A DNA stretch of 64,000 nucleotides, from the NCBI GenBank assembly GCA_951406725.2, contig OX597831.1, positions 22,258,001-22,322,000 of the forward strand, written 5' to 3'. Position 1 is the stretch's first letter, and every line of letters begins with the position of its first letter. The notes below the pieces were generated by a model. That model ran no database searches and was not told the DNA's origin. It saw only the letters and a program-made list of their open reading frames with translations. Below are positions 40,985 to 55,774 of this stretch, one piece after another. Position numbers and translations under genes: made by a program. This stretch comes from Octopus vulgaris (Eukaryota).

Positions 40985-42235
40985 GTATGTATATATATAT
41001 ATGTGTATGTATGTAAGTATGTATGTATGTATGTATGTATGTATGTATGTATGTATGTATGCCACTATGTCAGGTCACTGTGCTACTATATATGTTGCAT
41101 GGTCGGGTCGTCGGCGATATAACCCACCAAGCTATATTGGACACCCTAAGGAAAACAAACCCATATGAGGAACTAGAGTCAACGGCCATAATAAATATAT
41201 ATATAATCGGACTGAATATCGCGCAGTTAAACCATTGGGAGTGAAGGACTCCTAGTCTTTGTTAGGGCATCCTTCTAGGAGAAGGTAACTCAGTAACTGG
41301 GATAACTCCGACATAAAACCTGCGGTTCATGGTTACCGATGATGTTGACTTGTTCTTCTTTTCGGATTATGTATGAATGGGATGTATGTTTCCTCATTGA
41401 AAAAAATATGCACGATAACAACATTGATTAAGCTTCGTGCAATGGCCATATGAGGGTGCATGTATGTATGTATGTATGTATGCACATATATATATGTGTG
41501 TGTTGTATGTATTTGTGCATCTGCGTTCGTCCCTCCCAACGTCGCTTGACAACGAATTTTGGTCTGTTTACGTCACGTAACATAGCGGTTCAGCAAAAGA
41601 GACCGATGGAATATAATTACTAGGCATGCAAAGAATAAGTCCTTGGGGACGATTTGTTCGACTAAATGTGGTACTCCAGCATGGCCGCAGTCAAATGACT
41701 GAAACAACTAAAAGAATGAAAGAATGAAAGGAATAATCTAGCCACGCATAAATTCATTCAGTTCATTTTGGAACTCATTCATGAAGAAAATCCTGAATGA
41801 AGATGCCTTGCAGAATACTGCGGGCTACATATGCAGCTGCACATACTCTATGAAGCAGAAACAGGTGTTACTTATTTTAGCTAATTATACTGTATAATTA
41901 TACTGTATAATTAGGTGTCAAAATTAAAACTTTCAAGAGATTCCAGTCTTCGTATACTTTATAATTATTTTGCATTACACACACACACGCACATATATAT
42001 ATACGTACATATATACGCACACACATATAAACATAAAAACATACATATATATATAAACAAAAACATATATATATATATAAAGATATATACACATACATAT
42101 ATTCAAATATATACAATACATAAATATTCACACAAACACACACACACGCGCACACATGCATATACATACATACATATATATATATATGCAAATGTACATA
42201 TATATATATACATATATATATCTTATATATGTGTG

Positions 42236-42309
<74 letters not shown>

Positions 42310-42310
<1 letters not shown>

Positions 42311-42483
42311 GTACTTTATTTAAAGCAGCAGAAAATTCAACAAAACCTGTTACTCTGAGTTTCCCGTTGCCGTTCATCGGACAGTTTTTGCTAGCAAAAA
42401 CTGCTTTAAATAAAGCATATTACTCTACCACTGGTATTTGAGTACTCTTTTTTCCACTTTGCTTCACATTTATGTGTTTACTT
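42310..42483. mobile_element. Small inverted-repeat-plus-tail element between microsatellites; related copy at 56468-56628
   Basis: ctttatttaaagcag (42314) / ctgctttaaataaag (42401). Tail tactctacc..ggt.tttgag.act...catttatgtg is shared with 56565-56628. Confidence 0.65.
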
Positions 42484-44329
42484 CGATCTCTCTCTCTCTC
42501 TCTCTCTCTCTCTTTATATATATATATATATATATATTGTAAATGAGTGTCACTGTATGATTATATTTTAAATAATGGGTATATAGGCACCAGTCGAGTT
42601 TCAACAAACAAACTGAATATTTTACTGTATCTATCGATCTGAATTTATATACATCGAATATGCTTTATTCTTTTGTGCTTGGCTATGATGTTTATTTTTC
42701 TAAATGTTTTCTTAATACATTGTCTGTGGTTGATGTCGTTTCATTTGTCGATTGATTGGTTTCTTTATTTTCATTGGTTAGCTTCTCTATTATATCCGTA
42801 TTCTCTTTTCTTTTTAGTTCATAACTTGATTATTGTTACGTTACACCGACGAATATAGTGATTGCTCTAGCTCTACTTATCGATTTCATAATAATATCCT
42901 GATTGCAAATACTTTTTCCCTCTTTATCGACCATCATTGGCCGTTTTAGTGGCTGTTTTCTTTCTACCCGTTGAATACGTTAGAATATACTAAAATTGTA
43001 ATTTTGTCTACTTCATTGTATGTCAAATGTATATTTTGTTTCTGATGTCACTAGAAATATTTTATGCGTCGCTAAATCGCCATTAGTTTCTGTAGTACAA
43101 TTTGTTTTGATCTTTTTGTAGTTTCTTTAGCGTTGTCTTTCTGACTCACCGTTATTCTCCTACTGTCGAGCAATCTACTTTCAGTTTGGACAAGTTTTAA
43201 ATGATTTATGCCAAATGCAGGGTGGTCTATTAATGCCACGTTCATCTACAGAGTAATTACCTATTTTGTACGCACGTTTCTTTTATTAAAGATCGACGAT
43301 ATCTGTAGTCTACCAGAAGATCATTATTTATAAGGTTCAGAAAAATCTCATGACTTGGATCAAACATTTAAACTGTATAGAGGATTATACCACACAATGT
43401 TTCGTTCCCTATTGTTAGGTTTATGATTATTAGTGTTGTTCTGTGTTGTATGTTTGTCATACATTCTATCGTTGAAACAAGTGTTTTATACTGCCACGAA
43501 AAGGTGAAGAAACAACAGGTTGAAGGGTACCTAAATAGAAAATAGATTGTCATGGTAATAAGTTATCCTAAAAGCGGTTACCCAATCAGAATGCTTGAAA
43601 CACGCTGAATTTAGTAAGGATACACCAAGATTCAAGTGATGATGTTACGTCTGGTAGCGGATTATGGACACCTTACAAATACAGGCTCAATACAGTCAAA
43701 TCTACGAGTTTTAGCACAATTTTATTCAAAATGTTTTGATTTCTAAGGCTGAGGTAGAAAATTATCATGTGAGCTTCAATGAAGTACGATCGAACCCCAG
43801 AAACATTTGCTTAATGGAAAAGGGAAGAGGATTCCTTAACCACACGACCATCATACTATCTATGATAACAAATATTCCCTAGGGTCGATAAATAAATAAA
43901 CAATGCAGAAGAGTGGAACTGTTGAACTGTAAATATATCGGAGTAAATTCCTGTAGAATTTGTTCCATTTTGTTTTTATCGTGTTCTGAGTTCACATTCG
44001 GCCATGACTTACTTCGGTCGTAGACCTAATCCTTCACTCAGTTTAATGCCACCGTCTAGTCCTTAACTGACTTTTAGTAGAATCCATCATGTTTCCAGCA
44101 TTTGACTCACATCACAATATGAGGTTGTCTTCATCCAACTAGTATCGTGGGCCCTTGTAAAGGGTCATCGGCACCGTCTCCTCCCTTGACTCATGTAAAT
44201 AACTTTAAAGAGAGTCCGCTCTGTGGCCAGAAACAGGACTTCGGTTCGAGTGTACTTACCTCCTTCACATCAGCTTTGGGGGTCCTTTAAAGTACCATAG
44301 GAATTGCTTACTTCCTGGCTAAAAGATAA

Positions 44330-44705
44330 ATCTTTTATCTTTAATCTTCAACTTGGTTTCAGTCATTACATCCTGTGACACTGCCTTGAAGAATTTTGTT
44401 TTTAGTCGAAAGTACTGACCCCAGTACTCAATTTTGCTAAACATGGTACTTATTCTATCTGAGTCTTTAGCCGAAGTACTAAGTTACAGGGACGTAAACA
44501 CATCAACACTGGTTGTCAAGCGGTGGTGGGTGATAGACACATACATTACGATGAGCTTCTTTCAGTTTCCATCTACCAAATCCACTCGGAAGGATTTATC
44601 GGCCCGAGGATTTAGTAGAAGACACTTGCCCAAGGAAACACACAGTGAGACTGAACTCGGAACTAAGTGGTGTGGAAGCAAGGTTCTAACCACACAGCTA
44701 CGCCA
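44330..44705 (-). mobile_element. SINE family B, diverged
   Basis: cttctttcagtttccatctaccaaatccactc...gacacttgcccaagg. Confidence 0.7.
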
Positions 44706-45452
44706 TAAACTATTAATGACTTATAAAGTATAACCAATATGTATAGTCACGTGTCCTTGTGTTTAGAGCGTTGCGTTTTCGAACGCAAGATCACTGATTT
44801 GATTCCCATATCGGACGACACGTTGCGTTCTTAAAAAAACCCATAAAAAGCACACTTCATTTCACGTTGCTCCGGTCCACTCATTGTTGTAAATAAGCAA
44901 CCCTACGAAGGACAACGACCCGTTCAGATCTCGGTCACTTACACGAAATAGAAACCAGGCATCTGGACTTATGAATCCTAGAACTTGAAACACAACTGTC
45001 TACAAGTCATTATACATTACGGGAATTAACCAGCCCCCTGTATTGATAACTGTTTATCTGAAAAGAATTTACCATAATTTTCCCTTTGCAATAATTTTCC
45101 GTTTTCCAGCATTTCACCCAGATTGCTATTAATATTTCCGAATAGGGATTCATCTTAAATAGCCTGATGAAGCACATAAACATCGCCTCTCGATCTATTT
45201 TTGTCGTTTCAATCGACGTTTGTGATTAACTTTCGTTGTCCATCATCTTAATGACTTGTAACCATATTATGTTTCATCCATTAATAAACCAATACAGCTG
45301 CCGTTCAACAATAGCATTCGAACACCTACTTACATAATATCTTCAATAGGAACAACGTTGTTCTCTCTGGATGGAATTCTTGTTACACTTGTTTTACTAG
45401 CATTTTCAATACAACCTTACACCGCGCCCTTCCCTCTCTCTCCCTTTGTGTG

Positions 45453-45505
<53 letters not shown>

Positions 45506-45649
45506 TTATATGAATACTTGGATGGAATGTATATTTATACATATGTGCGTATAGAATATATATATATATATATATATATACACATCCACTCGTACACACA
45601 GCAACATACATATATACAACGTATATATATACGCCGAAGAACCAACCAA

Positions 45650-45772
<123 letters not shown>

Positions 45773-45773
45773 A

Positions 45774-45848
<75 letters not shown>

Positions 45849-46001
45849 TTCTCTATCTATCTATCATATATAAACGTGTATAATAATATCTATAGAACTC
45901 TCGAAGCCCTTCCCTCTGTTCCACCTTCTCTCTTCCATTCTCCCCCTCTCTCTATATATATACACATACGCACACACACATACGCACGCATATACATCTA
46001 T

Positions 46002-46035
<34 letters not shown>

Positions 46036-46181
46036 CGATAGATATTTATATTTACATACATATGTAAATATGTGTATGTATATCTATCTATCTGTCTATC
46101 TGTATCTATCTATCTATCTACCTACCTATCTGTCTGTCTGTCTGTCTGGCTGACTGTCTATCTATCTATTTATCTATCTAC

Positions 46182-46252
<71 letters not shown>

Positions 46253-46262
46253 CCTATCTATC

Positions 46263-46490
46263 TTTTTTGACATTTCTGTGATAACGATCCCTATTGATCA
46301 ATTTTTTTTCCTCCCCCTTTTTTTTTAACCCCCTTTTTTTTGTCCTCTTTCTCTCCTTTTACGATCCCTTTTGATCGAAACTCCCCTTCCTTTTTTTTTT
46401 TTTTTTTTTCTTTCTTAAACCTTCAAAAGAAAAGCTCTACCTTGTAATTTGTTCTATCTGTGTGCAGCCCTGTGTGGCTAATAAAGAAAC
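46263..46490 (+). mobile_element. 3' UTR fragment of a Tx1/L1-type LINE inside (TATC)n
   Basis: Pyrimidine-rich UTR ending tgtgcagccctgtgtggctAATAAAgaaac, similar to the 3' end of 48264-49010. TATC repeats on both sides. Confidence 0.55.
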
Positions 46491-46521
46491 ATATCTATCT
46501 ATCTATCTATCTACCTACCTA

Positions 46522-46565
<44 letters not shown>

Positions 46566-47152
46566 TACTACCTACCTACCTACCTACCTACCTATCTATC
46601 TATCTATCTATTTATCTATCTACCTATCAGTCTGTCTGTCTGTCTATCTATTTATCTACCTACCTACCTACCTACCTATCTATCTGCCTTATTACCTGCA
46701 CACCTTCCCACCTATCCATCCATCTCTCTACCTACGCCAATCAACTAATTAACCACGATCAGATTTTACTGTATTGATGAGCTTGAAGAGCTTTTAAGCC
46801 TTTCCTTCACTCTCTCTCTCTCCCTGTCTTCTTTCTCTCTCCCTGTCTTCTTTCTCTCTCTCTCTCTCTCTGTTCCTCTCTCTTTCGTACACGCAACATC
46901 CAACGGTGAACCAGTATGGTAGGATGGTGAGCTGACAGGGATCAGGTTAGGTCTTTTAAAAGTTGTTTTGTTCTGTGTAAATACAAGACGAATTGTGAGG
47001 TAAACGATAATATTAATAACACATAAGCAACAACAGGAACCATGACAACCTTATCAACAACACCAATATCAATAATAATAATAATGACGATAACAACAAC
47101 AATAACAAATAATAATAATAATAATAATAAATACTACTACTACTACTACTAC

Positions 47153-47225
<73 letters not shown>

Positions 47226-47240
47226 TGATAATAAATAATA

Positions 47241-47298
<58 letters not shown>

Positions 47299-47356
47299 TG
47301 ATAATAAATAATAATAGTAATAATAATAATAATAATAATAGTAATAATAAATAATA

Positions 47357-47408
<52 letters not shown>

Positions 47409-47453
47409 TGATAATAATGATGATAATAAATAATAATAGTAATAATAATAATA

Positions 47454-47484
<31 letters not shown>

Positions 47485-47600
47485 TGATGATAATAAATAA
47501 TAATAGTAATAATAATAATAATAGTAATAAATAATAATAGTAATAATAATAATAATAATAATAATAGTAATAATAAATAATAATAGTAATAATAATAATA

Positions 47601-47655
<55 letters not shown>

Positions 47656-47671
47656 TGATGATGATGATGAT

Positions 47672-47954
47672 AGATGTGAGGAAATGCGAAGATTGTGGTT
47701 AATGAATAGAGAAAACGTGATACCAATAGTAATTGGTGCACGTGGAAGTATCGGCACTCAACTAACCACATGATTGCAAAAGATCGATGCAAGTGGGAAA
47801 ATAGAACAACTACAAAAATCAGCATTGCTTGGAACTGCGAGATTTCTTCGCCAGGTTCTTGAAGCATGACCAGTAAACAAGTGTCACCTTAGTCTGCTGG
47901 CTATGGACGGCTGATACTTTCCATCATACCCACCAAAATAAACTGTGTGTTTTC

Positions 47955-47957
<3 letters not shown>
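47672..47957 (+). mobile_element. R4/Dong 3' end (ORF C-terminus plus 3' UTR) inserted in (TAA)n
   Basis: EMRRLWLMNRENVIPIVIGARGSI...IEQLQKSALLGTARFLRQVLEA* (stop 47867-47869). (TAA)n on both sides. Confidence 0.85.
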
Positions 47958-47996
<39 letters not shown>

Positions 47997-48018
47997 CAAC
48001 AACAACAACAGAAACAAC

Positions 48019-48060
<42 letters not shown>

Positions 48061-48063
48061 TAT

Positions 48064-48148
<85 letters not shown>

Positions 48149-48263
48149 GCGGTTCCCCAGCATGGCCACAACTCGTGAGCTGAAACGAGATAAAATAAAA
48201 AATAAAAAATAAAAATAATAATAATAACAACAACTACACCAACAATAATAATGATAATAATAG

Positions 48264-49010
48264 TCGTTTCTTTATTGGTCATAAGGGCCTAACACAAAAC
48301 AAATAGGGACAGTACAAAACAAGGGACACGTGGGGTTTGACACAAAAATCGAGTAAACACTAAAATGACAAATAAATAAAATTCCCCAAAAGCGGGGAGT
48401 TCCTCCCAGGGTCAACCAAAGAACCCCACGCATCTTTGTTATCCCAATCGCCCGGTGCACCTCAGCAGGCGCCTCTCTCCGGTTTACAGAGCGAAAGTTC
48501 AGAGTAGGCCCATTCACGAGTCATCCTCACCACATTAACACATCTTACATCAAAAATACTGGGAGCCAGAACTTCCTTCTCCATCCTCACTTTCCTTTTC
48601 AGGTGGACCTTGAAAAAGTCGATGAAGGCTTAGCCGAAGAGGAAAGCATCTGTCTTCTTACCTTTCAGTCTCGTTCATCATACAACCTCCTTGGCCATAA
48701 CCACCAGACAGAAGAAAACTGCCTTTCCTTTCCGGCTAAAGGAAGGCGGTGAGACGATCTTCACCATGGGCTCAGCTGATAACAGGAACCGTCCTACAGG
48801 CGTCAACAGCTGTTCAACAAGGCTCCAGAAGTCAGTAATGCACGGACATTGGGCGAGTGCATGCAGACCAGTTTCCTCGCCCTGCGCACACCTCGGACAG
48901 GTTCGTCAGATAGCACTCTGTAGAGCTTGTCTCGAAGTGGCAAAGCTCCTCGGTAACACTGCCAGAGGAGGAATCATAAGCCCTTGACCGAAAGTCCTCA
49001 ATAATAAAAA
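48264..49010 (-). pseudogene. Tx1/L1-clade LINE 3' fragment (ORF2 C-terminus plus 3' UTR), frameshifted
   Basis: WQCYRGALPLRDKL, CCHC knuckle CPRCAQGEETGLHALAQCP (about 48845-48900) and MAKEVV. The 3' end reads gtgttaggcccttatgaccAATAAAgaaacga. Confidence 0.8.
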
Positions 49011-49119
49011 CGGTACGTGTGAGCATGTGTCAGTGGGATTATGTGTGGGGGCAAGCGCTCATGTTTAATAAAATGCCCTGATGCAATACCAGGTATAAAC
49101 CCGCTCTCATTCCCACACT

Positions 49120-49420
49120 GGCTTTTCCATTCGCGTGGGACCCGAACCCACATCTCTTTGTCATGACGACTAAGTGTGTTACCATTACACCAGCGAGTTA
49201 GCCTCCCTGTTTCTGTTCAATTTAAGAACTTTATTGGTTCGTAGTTGTAATGGTAACACACTTGTGCGCGTTAACAGAGGCATGTGGATTCGAGTCCCAT
49301 GCGGATGGGAAAGCCTACTTTTTTTCTGTCGAGGGCTTATATGCCGCATTACTAGACTATTTTCCTTAGTCATTGCACAGTGATTGCTATAAGCTTTAAG
49401 CTTATATAAATACTATTAAT
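49120..49420. mobile_element. Fold-back element whose hairpin (49120-49315) consists of two divergent tRNA-like modules
   Basis: Arms 49120-49196 / 49239-49315, each with an A-box-like (g.tgtaatggta) and B-box/T-arm-like (GTGGG-TTCGGGT-CCCAC; gtgga-ttcgagt-cccat) sequence. Downstream sequence matches 8573-8690. Confidence 0.75.
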
Positions 49421-49750
49421 ATATGTATCTCTTGTACTCTTTTACTCTTTTGTTTGTTTCAGTCATTTGACTGGAGCCCTCCTGGAGCATCGCCTTTTAG
49501 TCGAGCAAATCGACCCCAGGATTTATTCTTTGTAAGCCTAGTACTTATTCTATCGGCCTCGAAATAAGAAAACGTAGCGACGGGCGAAATACTATTGAGC
49601 ATTTCGTCCATTTCGTCCAGCGTGCTGGCGATTCTGCCAGCTCGCCGCATTTACATATATGTATGTGTATATAGATATATGTATATATATAGATATATGT
49701 AATATATATGCATACATATACATATATACATATATACCTGTATATCTGTA

Positions 49751-49783
<33 letters not shown>

Positions 49784-50278
49784 ATCTTTATCAATCTATC
49801 TATCTACACACACACACACATTTTACATCAAGCATATCGAAAACTATAGACCTATACATTGTTTGCCAACAAATCTTCTATACTCCAGAACAGACTGATT
49901 AATAAATCAGTGTACAATAACATATTACCAGAGGAGCAGAATGGATGATGGAACAAATGTTCTATAACTAATGTTTCTAACGTAGAAGCAAAGTAAGAAA
50001 TTAAAGGCAATTCTATATTATTTATGTATCAACCTTGAGAAGTGGAAAGGCAACAATGACCTCGTTGGGCTTTTTGAAATCCACAACGTAATGTACTTGT
50101 CTAAAATCCATAACATCTTTTCTTTGGTTTCCTCGTGATTCTGATAACATTTCAAACTGCCAAACATTTTTGTATGAAATTTATGAAAAAAGAAAATTGT
50201 TCGAAAAAAAACAAAATTCATGCATCAAGATACACATTCACATACATACACACGTACACACGTGCGTACGTACGTAAA

Positions 50279-50309
<31 letters not shown>

Positions 50310-50445
50310 GCGTGCGTACGTGTGTGTTGTATCAAATTACCATTTTGTGCTTGCATTGGTTTTACTACACTGTTTTCTTGAAGAGAAAGACTTTAGTTGT
50401 TCTGTGTACATGCATATCAAAGATGTATCGCTTCACTGTGTACTC

Positions 50446-50508
<63 letters not shown>

Positions 50509-50565
50509 TATATACGATATAGATAGATATTTATTGATATATATATATATATATGCGTGTGTCTA

Positions 50566-50628
<63 letters not shown>

Positions 50629-50730
50629 TATATTCGATATACATACAGATATACATTGATAGATAGATAAATATATGTATATGCATATGGGTGCATGTAC
50701 ATATGTACATATATAAATATATATGTAATA

Positions 50731-50783
<53 letters not shown>

Positions 50784-51402
50784 CTAACTATATAAATTGC
50801 CGTAATTAGGCGGCACCAAGTACTTGTGTATATCAGTGTTTTCATCCATCCCTGCATACATGTGTGTGTGTTTGCATGTGTATATATGCATATGCCTTCA
50901 TGTGATATATATATATATATATATATATATAAGGCATATATCACACAAGTATGTATTATGTATTTATGTATGTATCATATATAGATAGAGACTCACATAC
51001 ACAATCGGGCATGTTTATGTAGTCATATCGATCTAAATTAGCGACTTCCCGTGTTCAATAATATCATTGACTATACTGTGACATAATTACTGTACACTCG
51101 GTAACACTGTGTGTGGGCGTTTGCCTCGTCCCCACTTTCTTGCCTTCCAACGTATGTGTGTGTATAGATATGTATGAATATATACGCATTAAATGTATGT
51201 ATAGATATATATGTATATATGTATGTGTGTGTATATATATGTATATTCAATATGTGTGAGAGTGAGTGAGTGAGAGGTACGTTAGGTATATACATGTGTG
51301 TGTGTATGTATACATGTATTTATATATACATACACATCATCTAATCTCTTTTTCTCTCTCTCTACATATATACATATAAATATATATATATATCTCACAC
51401 AC

Positions 51403-51448
<46 letters not shown>

Positions 51449-51454
51449 AAATAT

Positions 51455-51569
<115 letters not shown>

Positions 51570-51589
51570 TCTTTCTCTCTCTCTTTATA

Positions 51590-51631
<42 letters not shown>

Positions 51632-52063
51632 TTTATATATATGTATACATCTCTTTCTCTCTCTCTTTATATATATATATATATATATATATTCACTCAC
51701 TCATACACAGAAATACGTGTGCGTATGAAATCTGTTTATTTCTATTTATTTGAGAAGGATGGCAATGATCTGTCTTCCTGCTTCCTGCTTAATTATAGTT
51801 AATACATATTTGTATGACTTATTTATATATGATTTCCTCTCATAAATAGATGCTTCTCCATCATGTGTGCGTTGGCTTTATTTCTATTACCTCGATCGGT
51901 GTGTGGTTTCTGTAGCCAACTCTTGTTTAACTGGATTACGTTTCGCATGATTAGAATTACGTCTCTCATGATTGGATTCAACGTATCTGATCTGGTCTGA
52001 GCAATAATCCGTCTGTATATATTCTACGACTTTTGACGTATTCTTGCATATTGTGTGTACCTG

Positions 52064-52153
<90 letters not shown>

Positions 52154-52193
52154 TATGTATGATTGTATATAATAATATATATATATATATGAT

Positions 52194-52287
<94 letters not shown>

Positions 52288-52419
52288 TATATATGGTATG
52301 AAATAATAATAATAATAATTTGAAGAAATATTATTCTAACTCAAAAAATTCAATTTAGAAATACTAAATCAAATTTCACAAAATGTAATATATATTTTAG
52401 TCGAGCAAATTGACCATCA

Positions 52420-53546
52420 TCCAATGCTTCGGTTTTTATCGCTGCTGATATACATCAGCTTTTGTACATCATCGTGGACAACACCTACTTCTCTTTCCAG
52501 GGCCACATATACAAACAAACAACAGGTCACCCCATGTGATCAAGTTTCTCGGACCTACTAGCCATCACTTATATGAACTATCTGGAACGTCGGGCACTCA
52601 ACATCTGTCGCTCATGCGCCTTTTTCACCAGGTACGTAGATGCCATCCTCATACTCACATCCTCCCGTGAAGAGGCTGACGGAATATTCACGACGTTCAA
52701 TAACATGGACATGAACATAAAGTTCACCATAGAACATCCCGATATCACTGGATCGCTATCACTAGTTGATTTCACATTGAATATAACGGAAGAAGGGGAG
52801 ATCCGCACCGAGTTCTACAGGAAAACAGCCAGTAGAGATACTTTTGTCCAATGCAATTCAGCACTTCCACTCAGTGCCAAACTAGGATACACCAGAAATG
52901 AACTTGCACGTATCCAGGGCAAGTGCAGCAGAACGGAGGACAAGGTAACCCATACTACACGCTTCCTAGATATATTGAAAACCAACAGGTACCCTAGATC
53001 CATTGTAAATCGGCTGAAGTACCCAAGACGACCAACACGCCGAACACATAGAAAACCAGCAACACATGCTTCCTTAAAATAGCCCATTTTAGCGAGAGGA
53101 TAATTCCAGCCATCCGAAGAGCCATAAGAAGAGAAGGGCTAGACATACAACTAGCCCACTCCGGCCCCTCTCTGAGAGGACACCTAGCAAAGAAACGAAC
53201 AAGGGACAACAATGAATGCACACTAACAAACTGTCCCATCCGTGACACAGATTTATGCCAACAGGTAAATGTTGTGCATAGAATACAATGTAACAAATTC
53301 AAAAAGTTCTATGTGGGTAGCACGACATGACCTTTACACGTCCGCATCAAAGAACATCTGAACACGTGAGCCTCCCACTTCAGAAAACAACTAGACAGAT
53401 GCCGGAACACCGACAAAAGTATAACAGTCACAACTGAGGCTAATGAAAGAAATTTGGGTAATTTAAGAATTAAGGAAGCTATACTCATACACAGACTAGG
53501 AACCCAAATTAACAACAGGCTGGAGGTTGCTAATCAATATATGTAG
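52420..53546 (+). pseudogene. Penelope-like element, 5'-truncated RT plus GIY-YIG endonuclease, with stops and a frameshift
   Basis: NTYFSFQGHIYKQTTGHPM*SS..LLAITYMNYLE, RYVDA (YVDD-like), IKFTIE, FYRK. After a frameshift near 53070: CTLTNCPIRDTDLC, VVHRIQC..FYVGSTT*PLHVRIKEH, RIKEAILI..QINN. Confidence 0.9.
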
Positions 53547-53659
53547 TCTTTTATGACTAGTTTCAATAATGTTCTACTGAAGCAGATGTCGCAAATTCAG
53601 ACTCCATTTGTGTGCCACTGTACTATACATACATACACATACATACATACATACATACA

Positions 53660-53693
<34 letters not shown>

Positions 53694-54377
53694 GATACAT
53701 AAATACACACATACACACACATATATATATACATATATGTATATATGTATATATGTGTGTATACATATATGTATATAAATATATGTATATATATATGTAT
53801 GTATGTAAGTATATTTATATACATGTGCTACTATTTATATGTATGTACCACTGCTAACAAGACACACACACACACACACACAACACACACATACACTCAT
53901 GCATACATATATCAATGATGATGATCAACCGGATGCCCACGGATACTACGGAATACACACACACACACACATATATATCCATACATATAAAAAAGAAAAA
54001 AGAAATTAGTGGAAATTTTGCCGGTGAATGTGTGTAAAATTATAAGGCACCAAAAGAGAATGACTCTCCCCAGAGTGTGTGAGTGTGTGTGAGTGTGTGT
54101 GTCTATGTGTGTGTGTGTGTGTGTGTATGTGTGTGTAATATAGAGTTTGCAATATAAGTTTTTGTTGTCGTTGACCATTGTTTCAGCTGTTCCATGGATA
54201 ACGAAAATCATGCGTTACGCTTATAAAATTGTCGGTTGTTAATCTGATGAAACAATTTCCATGCATGGCAATATGGTAAACAGTAAAGCATATAGAACTA
54301 CATTATTAATAGCTGATGTGTTTATACGCATTGCGCAAGATTAGTCACAGTGGAATTGTTGAATCAATAGTTAACCA

Positions 54378-54416
<39 letters not shown>

Positions 54417-55075
54417 CACCGCAAGATCCAATCTTCAAATGTTATTATTTATGCTCCACAGCGGAAATGTAATTTACGGATTTTCACTTCGATAAATGGA
54501 TACCCTTCTTGTAATTTTCAGATAACCGCTGAAAAGCTATATATGCACATATATTATTTAAAAGCCGGACAGAAGAACGTCAAACGAAAAATTTGCACTC
54601 AAGGAATGCACATGCTCTTTCCTCGTCAGTTGTCGTTACAAAAATCTTTACATTTTCAAGCTTTTAACGATATCGCTGTTTATATTGGTGGTGTCATCAG
54701 CAGAAATCTGCTGGGAATAATTATCCACAAACACTCGAGCAGACTAAGTCCTGAAACTATTTCATTTTCCGAAAGGTTTGCAAGGGAGCAGTAGGCCTCA
54801 AGAGACACGTGCGTGTCCCGTAGAACTCGATTAGCTCTTTATTCCACAGAACCCTTATTTGTCGTTCATGACGATGGAATCCATCACCCCACATACACAC
54901 ACATACACACACATACACACACATCCATACATATATCAGTGATAATGATCAACCGGATGCTCAGGAATAAGGACTGTGATCTTAAAAAGTCATGTGACTT
55001 GTGGAAACGCACGTAGTGATGCATTAAATGTTTATAAATTCCACCCGAGGATTATTGTTATTATTATTATTGTTA

Positions 55076-55116
<41 letters not shown>

Positions 55117-55186
55117 GTTGTTGTTATTATTATTATTATTACTATTACTATTATTATTGTTATTATTATTGTTATTGTTATTGTTA

Positions 55187-55244
<58 letters not shown>

Positions 55245-55774
55245 GAAAGTGACACTGGGGTAAAATATACGAAGCCCAATATACCCATCATGACTACCCG
55301 TCTGATAAGGGTACACCAGGCACATACATCACAACCATATGTGCGCGACCTGGTGATCTCATATCAAGATAAACAGCACATGACCTTGCAGGTGGGGCCC
55401 AGTTAGAATTTTCTTCAGGTTGAGTAGCCCATCCCGCTCAAAAGGTCCCTGAATAAGGGTTGTTTAAGGATGTTGAAAGAACCACCCATGTTTCCAGAGG
55501 TGAATTATTCAAACCCCAAAGAATCCCTCTCAACACATGGCTATGATGCTCCCCTACTACTTCTGCTCGTGATCAGAGATGCACATATCGTCAGCCACTA
55601 AGGGACATGGTCAACTGGTTATGGTCAAACAACTGACAAGCAAATCTGTGGTATTGAGCAGAATATTTGCTGTAGCCCATCTTTTATACCAAGACAAAAC
55701 AATGTACATGATAACACTTCCAATCAGTTAAGATCAGAAGCCATGAGAGCCACTGCCTGGTACTGCATCAGGGC

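Noticed and set aside
41060-41335. RTE-like 5' UTR with possible HDV-like ribozyme (also 20930-21200)
   Set aside because: Only vague resemblance (tctaggagaaggtaactc); no ORF follows and I could not build the nested pseudoknot.
43170-43520. Possible very old Penelope RT remnant (YFQF..Q..G, KIDDI)
   Set aside because: Motifs are too short and frame-broken to support without a translated search.
52530-53370. In-frame TGA codons in the Penelope ORF as possible selenocysteine (known in some Naiad PLEs)
   Set aside because: The TGAs replace expected Gly (PMGS) and probable Arg (CGA to TGA) positions, not Cys. A frameshift and YVDA also indicate decay.
54520-54800. Non-repetitive segment after a ttttcag acceptor-like site, possible host exon
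   Set aside because: No recognisable protein similarity or matching donor site; needs RNA-seq or conservation data.
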